Source of the DNA: Candidatus Omnitrophota bacterium
Lineage (GTDB): Bacteria > Omnitrophota > Gorgyraeia > 2-01-FULL-45-10
Reading direction: 5' to 3'
Length of the DNA stretch: 64,000 bases
Assembly (NCBI GenBank): GCA_041661345.1
Contig: JBAZUO010000006.1
Location: 3,410-67,409 of the forward strand
Translations under genes and position numbers: made by a program
In this document: in pieces, positions 17,436 through 25,509 of the stretch
How positions within the stretch are numbered: position 1 is the first letter of the stretch
Layout: every line of letters begins with the position of its first letter
The notes under the pieces: generated by a model
Databases searched by the model: none
Told to the model about the DNA's origin: nothing
The model's input: the letters and a program-made list of their open reading frames with translations, nothing else

Positions 17436-18269
17436 ACTTCCCTCCCTGTAATATCATACCTCTGTATCTGCATAAAGCGCCGGCATGGTCTCCATCGGCG
17501 GCCCTTGCGGTCTGCAGAATATAATTTCCCGAATATCCTACGTCATTGAGAGCCTTGAGAACGCCTGCTATGTCGGCATCCCCTTCTCCGAGCGGCACCG
17601 TGGTGCCATTCAATTTCCTGTCCTTTATGTGGACGTTGCTGATCCTATTGCCGTAAGTTAAGATCTCTTCTCTGAAATCATAACCCAATGAAGCGCTGTT
17701 ACCTATATCATAATTGATACCGAAACACACCGGATCGAATTTATTGATAAATTTTTTAAAAAGAAACGGTTCATAATCTGATTCGAATGCTATCGTCAAA
17801 CCATTATCCTCAATAATTGATGGACGGTATCCATGCCCGCTCGCAGGCGCTCTTCCTGCTGGCTGTCCTCGAGACTGCCCCTGTCAACAAGCGGAACGAC
17901 GATCTTATTTATGCCGATCTCCGTGCAGGCTTCGACTATATCCATGAATTCTTTCAGCAGCTGCGCGCTACGCTGCCTTTCAGCTTTATAAAAAGGCTCC
18001 TGTATATATGTGTCACAGGTTATGGACGCTATAACGATAGCATTGTCCTTCATATGTTTTTTCATCTCGCGGCGGCCGCCTTCGGACATGAGAGGATTGT
18101 CACTCAACCTATCCTGCTCAACGACCCACTCCATGAGGCCGAACCCGCACTTTTTCGAAATGGCAAATTCATCACGCCATGTATCGCGTGGAAATGATTG
18201 TATCTTACCGGGCTCGATCGGCGAGAATCTTCCCAGCATAAAGCCGACGCGCTTCGGGTCAATTTCCAT
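17419..18269 (-). pseudogene. Xylose-isomerase-like TIM-barrel sugar(-phosphate) isomerase/epimerase, split by a frame change into two ORFs
   Basis: Track ORFs 17796..18341 (181 aa) and 17419..17799 (126 aa, TTG start) are the N- and C-terminal halves of a single barrel of about 280 aa (C-half motifs NYDIGNSASLGYD, NVHIKD). Upstream of the TTG, the second frame reads SIIEDNGLTIAFESDYEP. Both frames are open over 17796..17883. The likely true start is ATG 18269 (MEIDPKRVGF...). Confidence 0.55.
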
Positions 18270-20022
18270 CTGCTGTCCTGTCAAATTGATATAGCCGCCC
18301 CTTCTGCCTGATAAGGTCCTGATAATTCCCGGACTCCACAATCCTGCGGTTCTCTACTACATGTATCAGGTCCGCGGACTTGACGGTCGAAAGACGATGG
18401 GCGATGACAATGATCGTCAATGAATTCCTCATATACTCCAGGGCCTCCTGGATAGCCGATTCCGATTCGACGTCCAATGAACTTGTTGCCTCATCCAGGA
18501 TCAAAAGGCTGGGCGATATCGTAAGGGCTCTTGCAAGCGCTAAACGCTGCCTCTGCCCGCCCGATAACTTCAGGCCATTCTCGCCTATCTGCGTATCGTA
18601 CCCAGCGCTCAAACCCGCTATAAATTTATCGAGGGCCACTATCTTAAAAATCCGGTCCATCTCCGGGCCGGTGATGTCTTCTTTCCGTATACACACGTTC
18701 TCCCTGATCGTGCCGTTAAAAAGAACGCTATCCTGAGATACATATCCTATCAGATCGTGCAGCCTGGACTTATTGATCTCTCCGGCGGGATATCCGTTTA
18801 TCCTTACCATGCCTTTCTGGGGCTCTATGAGCCCTACTATCAAGTCCGCTATTGTGGTCTTCCCCGTCCCGGAAACTCCGATCAGCGCGGTCATTTTATT
18901 TTTCGGAATTACAAATGACAGGTTGTCAAATATCGGCGCCGATCTATTATACTCAAAATAGATGCCGTCAAATTTTATCTCTTCTATATCGCTAAGCTCG
19001 ACATCGCCGTCAATGCTTCTGTTTTTTTCGAAACGCTCGATATAATCGATGATGAGCGCCGTATTTGGCCTGTTCGATATCCACACCTGCTGGGCTTTTA
19101 AAAGCTCGTTGACTCGCGGCAGAAGTTGTCTTAAAAGGTAGACGAATACTATGAGCTCCGCGATCCCGAACGTGATCCGCCGTGACGCAAAATATATGAC
19201 TATCAATATTATAATACCCGACACTTCGTTGAAGTAGGCTGACCCCTGTGTCGTCACGCGGTATTTATAGTCACCCTTCAAAGAGGCCTTATTTGTCTTC
19301 GCCAGAAACTTAAATGTCGCCTGTTGAAGATTTGAACTGAATATGAACTTCGCGGCTCTCAGCCTGTCGAGCATATCCGCAGAGAGTAAGTTTGAGAACC
19401 TGAGATTCACCTGGTTATATCTTTTCGCAATGACGGAAAGCGTGTAATTGACTATGAATATCGCCGAGAGGCATACAAAGAAAACCAGGGAAAGACGCCA
19501 GGACATATATATCGCGATCCCTATGTAAATGATGCTGTAAAAAAGCGCGGCCACCCCTTTAAGTGTGAAGAAATATATATCTCCGGCAGAAACGCATTTC
19601 TCGATGACTATATTGCTGAATTCGCCGGTCCTCACATCCAGGACGGTGTTCCATCTTGTCCCAAAAAACGTTTTTATCAGTCTCTCCCTGAACTGCCTGG
19701 TCACGTAATTCCGGATCTGCTCCATCTGGGCCGTATTTATAAACTTTAACACGAACGAGATCATGATCAGGCTGATCGCGAATATGAGTATCGCATTTAG
19801 GCTGTTCGGGATCCCGAAAAATGCTAAAAATCGATCGATCCTGGCCATCAACAACGCGTTGACGCCTCTTCCCCCAAACATTCCGTCTATTATGGGTATG
19901 AGCAGCGGAATACCGAATGCGTCAAATGCGCCGGTGACCAAGAGCAGCATGATTATCCATACCATCAATCTCATCAGCTCTTTTGCGCCGCCATATTTCA
20001 GAAGTTTATTCAAATAATCCAT
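18259..20022 (-). CDS. ABC exporter, fused TMD-NBD half-transporter (MsbA/PglK-like)
   Basis: 587 aa. About 6 TM helices, then Walker A GVSGTGKTT, signature LSGGQRQRLALARAL and Walker B LILDEATSSLD. Confidence 0.9.
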   Translation of the reverse strand: MDYLNKLLKYGGAKELMRLMVWIIMLLLVTGAFDAFGIPLLIPIIDGMFGGRGVNALLMARIDRFLAFFGIPNSLNAILIFAISLIMISFVLKFINTAQMEQIRNYVTRQFRERLIKTFFGTRWNTVLDVRTGEFSNIVIEKCVSAGDIYFFTLKGVAALFYSIIYIGIAIYMSWRLSLVFFVCLSAIFIVNYTLSVIAKRYNQVNLRFSNLLSADMLDRLRAAKFIFSSNLQQATFKFLAKTNKASLKGDYKYRVTTQGSAYFNEVSGIIILIVIYFASRRITFGIAELIVFVYLLRQLLPRVNELLKAQQVWISNRPNTALIIDYIERFEKNRSIDGDVELSDIEEIKFDGIYFEYNRSAPIFDNLSFVIPKNKMTALIGVSGTGKTTIADLIVGLIEPQKGMVRINGYPAGEINKSRLHDLIGYVSQDSVLFNGTIRENVCIRKEDITGPEMDRIFKIVALDKFIAGLSAGYDTQIGENGLKLSGGQRQRLALARALTISPSLLILDEATSSLDVESESAIQEALEYMRNSLTIIVIAHRLSTVKSADLIHVVENRRIVESGNYQDLIRQKGRLYQFDRTADGN

Positions 20023-20024
20023 GC

Positions 20025-21458
20025 CTATCCTTTTCTTGAAGGCAGTATTACGCTTTTAAAAAAGGCCCATGCGTTACGAAACGCTGCCGCCAAACCGGCC
20101 CTCTTTATGTTATATAAGATTCTTCGCGGGGTGAGATAGAACATCTTGAATCCCTTCCGCTGAAGCTCGACCAGGTCTTTTACCTTCAGATCATTGACTT
20201 CGATGACTGCGCTGCCGTATCTCTTATATTGAGAAAAATCGTCCGTCAATAAACGCATCCCTCCCGTTCCCTTCTTAGCCATCTCATATAATACCGTACC
20301 CGGATAGGGGGTGACAATATTGATATACATCTGCTGGCAATATTTCAATTTCCTGGCGAAGTTAAGCGTCTCTATGGCCGTCTTCCTTGTTTCATACGGA
20401 TGGCCCAGCATGATCGAGCCGCGCGTCTCTATGCCGAGTTTCGCGGCTGCACGGTAAGCGGGCGGATAGTCCTTCAGGCTGGTCCCTTTTTTAATATACC
20501 CCAGTATATTCTGATTGCCGCTTTCGATCCCGAAAGATATGCGGACGAAACCCGCATCCTTCATGACCCTCAATATTTCTTCATCCACAACGTCCGCCCT
20601 GGTCCAACCTTCCCACGTTATATCGAGCTTGCGTTTCTTTATTTCCCCGCAAAACTCACGCACACGGTCATGACGCAGAGTCAAGGTGTCGTCAATAAGC
20701 ACAAAATGCCTGATATTGAATTTATCTACAAGACTTTCGATCTCGTCAACAACCAGTTTTATCTTCCGATACCTGATCCGCTTGCCGAATACCGTATGCG
20801 CCGAACAAAATATACATTCGAACGGGCATCCGCGGCTCGTCATTATCGTTGTGAAACGGGCCATTCCCTTGCCCGGCACGCTCCACATGTAATTATCGAG
20901 ATTTAACCCCTCCCTGTCCGGAACCGGCACTTCATCGAGATCGGTAATGAGGGGTGTGGGCGGATTGACAAGTATCTTCCCCGACGCATCCCTGTATATC
21001 AGGCCGTTTATCTCGCCGATATCACCTCTCTTATCCTCAAGATAATCGATCAGCTTAACCAGACTCGTCTCTCCTTCTCCGAATATCCCGAAGTCGAAAA
21101 ACTCCCTGCCCTTAATGGAATCCTGCGGCATCACCGTAACGTGAGGCCCCCCGACTATGATCGGAACGTCGATAGACCTTTTAAGGATCCTCCCTAGCTC
21201 CGAGGCGATATGATAAATGGAGGATGTGCTTGATATGCAGATATAATCCGGCTTGTAGGCGACGGCAAGATCGCGGCATTCCTCCAGGCTGTTATTGTTC
21301 ATCTCCGCGTCGATTATCATCGTCTCTATGCCGCGCTTCTTCAGGATCGCCGAAAGATAACATACGCCAAGTGGCGGATACGCATTGCCCAGTTTGGCCG
21401 CACTTTTAAAATTACTGTAAACATCGCCCCATGGCGGCTGGATGAACAACACTCTCAT
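20025..21458 (-). CDS. Class B (cobalamin-binding-domain) radical SAM enzyme, paralog 2
   Basis: 477 aa. Motifs IVGGPHVTVMP...FGEGETSLVKLIDYL, then SRGCPFECIFC. Confidence 0.9.
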   Translation of the reverse strand: MRVLFIQPPWGDVYSNFKSAAKLGNAYPPLGVCYLSAILKKRGIETMIIDAEMNNNSLEECRDLAVAYKPDYICISSTSSIYHIASELGRILKRSIDVPIIVGGPHVTVMPQDSIKGREFFDFGIFGEGETSLVKLIDYLEDKRGDIGEINGLIYRDASGKILVNPPTPLITDLDEVPVPDREGLNLDNYMWSVPGKGMARFTTIMTSRGCPFECIFCSAHTVFGKRIRYRKIKLVVDEIESLVDKFNIRHFVLIDDTLTLRHDRVREFCGEIKKRKLDITWEGWTRADVVDEEILRVMKDAGFVRISFGIESGNQNILGYIKKGTSLKDYPPAYRAAAKLGIETRGSIMLGHPYETRKTAIETLNFARKLKYCQQMYINIVTPYPGTVLYEMAKKGTGGMRLLTDDFSQYKRYGSAVIEVNDLKVKDLVELQRKGFKMFYLTPRRILYNIKRAGLAAAFRNAWAFFKSVILPSRKG

Positions 21459-21462
21459 TAGA

Positions 21463-22914
21463 TCAATTTTCTCCCTTTATGGCAAACGTGAATATATTGC
21501 TGCCGGCGATCGCCAGGCGCATAAATTCGTCAAAGGAATTTATTTTTTTCAATCTGTCAAAAATATAGCCTGGACGGAAATAAAATTTCCGGTAAGCCTT
21601 CAAAACGTATTTTTCCAGCGCATCCTTTCTTACCGAGGTAAACGCCTCGTTATAAAATCCCTGGACATGTAATTTATCCATCTGGGCATCCGATCCGTCT
21701 TTTATATCCGGGTAACGTTCCGCCACATAATCAAAAAGCTCGGTCCCGGGATAAGGTGTACATATGCCGAAGGACGCCGTCGAAGGGTTCAGGCGTATGA
21801 TGAATCTTATGGTCTCTTTCATCGTTTCGATCGTCTCCCCCGGAGAACCGAGCATCAAGTGGGCATGCGAATCTATTCCGACCTCCTTACAGATCCTGAA
21901 GGCCTCTTGCGCCTGTTCAAGCGTAGTGCCCTTACCTATCCTATCCAGTATTTTCTGCGAACCGCTCTCTATTCCGAATTTCACCATATGGCAGCCGGCC
22001 TTCTTCATCTTTTCCAGCTGCGTCTTATCTATCGTATCGACACGGCTATTGCAGATCCAGCTGACATCGATGCCCTCTCCGATCATCTTATCGCAAACTT
22101 CGATATTTCTCTTCTTGTATACCGTAAATGTTTCATCCCTGAAGAATATTTCCTTGTATCCCAGCTTAACTATCTGCCGGATCTCTTCCATGATGCTATC
22201 TACGCTCCTGTACCGTATATTCCTTCCGAAGAAGTTCGGTACCGTGCAGAAACTACATTTGGCAGGACAGCCGCGGGATGTCTGCATCGTAGCGTACGGC
22301 ATCCTCTTCACGATAGGGTTAAAATAGTCGACCCCTTTCGGCAAGAGGCTCCTGTCGGGGATCGGAAGCTCGTCAAGATCGATGAAAGGATACGGCTCGT
22401 TGATCTTCAGTTTTCCATTGAGCCTGTACCCTATACCCTTCACGGTGCGCCAATCCTCACCCGAAATTATCTTCTTAACAACATCGCGAATAATAAATTC
22501 CGGCTCGCGGAAAACGAGGATATCGACAGACTCTTCCTTGATACAATACGTGGGCATGAATGTCGGGTGCGATCCAAACAGTATGGCTATAAGATCGCGA
22601 TTCAGGCCTTTCAGGACTTTCAGCGTCTCTACGTCATTCTTGAAACTATTTGTCGATGACAGGATGATAACGCTTGCGTAATCATTGATATTGCGCAGAG
22701 CCTTTTCGAACGAACCGTAGTCGATGCCGGCATCGATAAAATCGGTATCCAACCCCGCCTTACGTAATGTGGTCGTTACATACAGGTGATTTAGCGGGGG
22801 CATCTGCATACCGCCGATGCGCCTGCCTTTACACCAGCAGCCGTACATGAAATCCTGTACGATATTTTTTATTGCCTTATTCCCCGGATTTAAAACCAAT
22901 GTCTTTTTCATCAA
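21463..22914 (-). CDS. Class B-like radical SAM enzyme, paralog 3 (divergent N-domain)
   Basis: 483 aa. SRGCPAKCSFC is present. The N-domain has FGSHPTFMP...FREPEFIIRDVV where the paralogs have GGPH...GEGE. Confidence 0.85.
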   Translation of the reverse strand: MMKKTLVLNPGNKAIKNIVQDFMYGCWCKGRRIGGMQMPPLNHLYVTTTLRKAGLDTDFIDAGIDYGSFEKALRNINDYASVIILSSTNSFKNDVETLKVLKGLNRDLIAILFGSHPTFMPTYCIKEESVDILVFREPEFIIRDVVKKIISGEDWRTVKGIGYRLNGKLKINEPYPFIDLDELPIPDRSLLPKGVDYFNPIVKRMPYATMQTSRGCPAKCSFCTVPNFFGRNIRYRSVDSIMEEIRQIVKLGYKEIFFRDETFTVYKKRNIEVCDKMIGEGIDVSWICNSRVDTIDKTQLEKMKKAGCHMVKFGIESGSQKILDRIGKGTTLEQAQEAFRICKEVGIDSHAHLMLGSPGETIETMKETIRFIIRLNPSTASFGICTPYPGTELFDYVAERYPDIKDGSDAQMDKLHVQGFYNEAFTSVRKDALEKYVLKAYRKFYFRPGYIFDRLKKINSFDEFMRLAIAGSNIFTFAIKGEN

Positions 22915-22933
22915 TACCCCGATATCAATAAAT

Positions 22934-23878
22934 CTAGCTCTTCGTATCCTCTTTTATGTAAACGCTATCGTCAGACCCTTTCTTCTGATGGCCGTATATT
23001 ACCAACTCTGCGACAAATCCGGTCATTATAATCTGTATAGCGGTCGTAAAAAAGAATAACCCCGCAAAGAATGCCGGCCTGATCCCTGTTTGCCCATAGC
23101 AAAATTTCATCATGATGCTATACAGGATCAATGCCGATCCGAGCGTTAAACTCAGTAAGCCGACCACACCTATGAAATGAAAAGGCCTCCTGGAATAACC
23201 AAGCAGGAAGTAGGCCGACAAAAAATCAAAAAAGCCGTGCAGGTAACGTTCCGATCCGAATTTAGATTTCCCATACGACCGCCTATTATGATGTACGGGT
23301 ATCTCCGTCATGATAAATCCGTAACTATTCGCCAGTATGGGTATGAACCTGTGCATCTCCCCGTATACTTTGATAGTTTTGATCACGCACTTTCGATATG
23401 CCTTGAACCCGCAGTTAAAATCGTGCAATTTGATACCGGTTATCAAAGACACGAATTTATTAAAAAAACCGGAGGCCAGTTTTTTTTCCAGAGGGTCTTT
23501 CCTATTGATCTTCCATCCATTAACAAGGTCATACCCCTCATCTATCTTTTTAATGAAATTGGATACCTCCCGGGGGTCATCCTGGAGATCGGCATCCATC
23601 GTAATCACTACATCGCCCTGTGCATTCTGAAAACCGATATTAAGCGCCATAGACTTGCCCATATTCCTTCTCAGCGTGAATAACCTGACCCTCTTATCCT
23701 TCTTCATCAATTCGTTTATAATTGCTCCGCCCTTATCGGCACTGCCGTCATCGACGAAAACCAGTTCATAATTGTATCGTTCAGCCTCTTTAGAGATCTC
23801 CTGATATAACTGGTTGAGGCTTAGCTCTTCATTATAAAAAGGCACAATTATCGAAATCAAACGTCCCTGGTTCATCAT
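22934..23878 (-). CDS. GT2 polyprenyl-phosphate glycosyltransferase (GtrB/ArnC/Dpm1-like) with C-terminal TM hairpin
   Basis: 314 aa. Motifs ISIIVPFYNEE, VFVDDGSADKG and MDADLQDDP, plus two C-terminal TM helices (FHFIGVVGLLSLTLGSALILY; FFAGLFFFTTAIQIIMTGFVAELVI). Confidence 0.85.
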   Translation of the reverse strand: MMNQGRLISIIVPFYNEELSLNQLYQEISKEAERYNYELVFVDDGSADKGGAIINELMKKDKRVRLFTLRRNMGKSMALNIGFQNAQGDVVITMDADLQDDPREVSNFIKKIDEGYDLVNGWKINRKDPLEKKLASGFFNKFVSLITGIKLHDFNCGFKAYRKCVIKTIKVYGEMHRFIPILANSYGFIMTEIPVHHNRRSYGKSKFGSERYLHGFFDFLSAYFLLGYSRRPFHFIGVVGLLSLTLGSALILYSIMMKFCYGQTGIRPAFFAGLFFFTTAIQIIMTGFVAELVIYGHQKKGSDDSVYIKEDTKS

Positions 23879-25494
23879 CTAATCCTCCTTTGGTCCACTG
23901 CGGTTCTTGGAAGATACACCTTGTAGTCATTATCGATCTCTTTTTCGAGCACATATCTTTTCTTCAATGCATCCGAGACCCCGCCGCTTAAGCTGGGTGT
24001 AAAATAAGGATCGTCGACGATCAGTTTAAACTCATTATCGTCTATCATCTGGATCAGTTTTTTTTCCGAAATAAGGTGATGTCTTTCGTAACTGTCATCT
24101 TTTACAATTCGAAATATTACTGCAATAGTGAAACTTTTGACCAGAGTGTTCGGAATTCGTCTATCGGCAACAAAGAGAGGCGCTTGTGAGCCTATCAGTA
24201 TCGCATCATCTTTTTTCGTATATTTGATTATTTCATCGGCTACTTTTCTAACGCTTGCCTGAGTCTCAAACCCTATATCCGGTTTGGTGAATATATTTGT
24301 TATAAATTTTTTATAACCTCCACCGACCGCCTTAAACCCAATCAAAAAATAGACGAGGATCAGGATTGTCAATAGCAACGATTTCACCCTGGATTTTTGC
24401 ATCGCCGTTAGCCAATAAATTATTGACGGAGCCGACCCTATCGCAAGAAAAGGGACGGCTATCCCGAAATAATGCCATGTAAAACCGTGCCTGCTTATAA
24501 AAACACATGTAACGAAATAAGCCAGAAGTATCAGCGACTGCAATATAACGCCTGCGCGATATCTCTTATAGCCGTCGCTTGCCGCAACGAGCAGGACTGC
24601 AAAACCGAACAGTATCAGTAATATGGCCGTCTGGCCGCCATATGATCTCAAAAAATCAACGAGAACATTGAATCGGAAAAGCCACGGGGTTGCGATATAA
24701 CTGCCATATTCCGGATGAAATACGATCTCCCTGTAAAAAGACGATCCCTTCAAATAACAAAAAATGAAGGTGTCGGGCCTTGTAAAAAATAGGTATATCG
24801 CCAGCGATGAACCCAGTATCGCGCCGCCTATCGCCGGCACGGATGCCAGGAGCGCGTTTTTCGTCCGCCCGGTATTTTTTCGGACATTATAAATAAAATT
24901 CAAAAATATGACCGCTGCGGGCAGTAAGACCGCCGATCTGCACCAGACCGCGGCGGCAAGGCAGATGCCTATTGAAAACCCATATAGGGAAAATCTTTTT
25001 GAATGCGAGGATAGTCCCGGTAAGGACGAAAGGAGCATGGCAAGCATTATGAAAAAAAGCGCTGTTTGCGAATGACCGGCGCTTTCGAGCGGACTGCCTT
25101 CAAAAAGGTAAAGGCTGCTTACCATAAAAAGCCCGGTGCATATTATCGCCGCGCTTCTTCTCTTATACGCATTTACAACGGCCAGATACGTGAAGACGGC
25201 TATCGAAGAGCTCAGCACATAAATTATGGTCCTTGCGACATAAATATTAAAACCGAACAATTTCATCAAGAAGCCGTGCATGAATACTGTGTACGGCGTA
25301 TGCTGGGAATAGTAATCACGCACCGGGAATACACCTTCCGTCGCCATTCGGGAAAGCAAAAGAAATGTTGATTCATCGGCGCCGTAATTTCTCCAAATGT
25401 ATCCTGCACAGCATATAAAAGACGCCGCAAATATAAATACAACGAGCCATCCGTTTTTTATGCTGTCGATCTTATCTTCTAAAAAATTACTCAT
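23875..25494 (-). CDS. GT-C-fold integral membrane glycosyltransferase (ArnT/PMT-like)
   Basis: 539 aa. About 11-12 TM helices with an acidic first-loop motif (YGADESTFLLLSRMA). Soluble C-terminal domain of about 130 aa. ATGA-coupled to the GtrB-like gene. Confidence 0.65.
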   Translation of the reverse strand: MSNFLEDKIDSIKNGWLVVFIFAASFICCAGYIWRNYGADESTFLLLSRMATEGVFPVRDYYSQHTPYTVFMHGFLMKLFGFNIYVARTIIYVLSSSIAVFTYLAVVNAYKRRSAAIICTGLFMVSSLYLFEGSPLESAGHSQTALFFIMLAMLLSSLPGLSSHSKRFSLYGFSIGICLAAAVWCRSAVLLPAAVIFLNFIYNVRKNTGRTKNALLASVPAIGGAILGSSLAIYLFFTRPDTFIFCYLKGSSFYREIVFHPEYGSYIATPWLFRFNVLVDFLRSYGGQTAILLILFGFAVLLVAASDGYKRYRAGVILQSLILLAYFVTCVFISRHGFTWHYFGIAVPFLAIGSAPSIIYWLTAMQKSRVKSLLLTILILVYFLIGFKAVGGGYKKFITNIFTKPDIGFETQASVRKVADEIIKYTKKDDAILIGSQAPLFVADRRIPNTLVKSFTIAVIFRIVKDDSYERHHLISEKKLIQMIDDNEFKLIVDDPYFTPSLSGGVSDALKKRYVLEKEIDNDYKVYLPRTAVDQRRIR

Positions 25495-25509
25495 GGTTTC
25501 CGCCCGCCG

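Noticed and set aside
17796-17883. Programmed -1 ribosomal frameshifting as the explanation for the split TIM-barrel gene.
   Set aside because: The mRNA over the two-frame-open interval (…GGCATGGATACCGTCCATCAATTATTGAGGATAATGGTTTGA…) contains no X XXY YYZ slippery heptamer. I also see no obvious downstream stimulatory hairpin. An indel or an assembly error is more likely.
5509-22914. Reading the locus as an aminoglycoside/aminocyclitol-type secondary-metabolite cluster. The supporting elements were the APH-fold kinase, AAC(3)-fold acetyltransferase, DegT and class III aminotransferases, GenK-like class B radical SAMs, a BtrN-like twitch radical SAM, GT4s and an ABC exporter.
   Set aside because: No 2-deoxy-scyllo-inosose synthase or inositol-phosphate synthase homolog is present. 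The same arrays carry Wzx, GT-C enzymes, polyprenyl-phosphate sugar synthases, NeuA/NeuB homologs and rml genes, which point to a cell-surface glycan. The resemblance is recorded only as shared enzymology.
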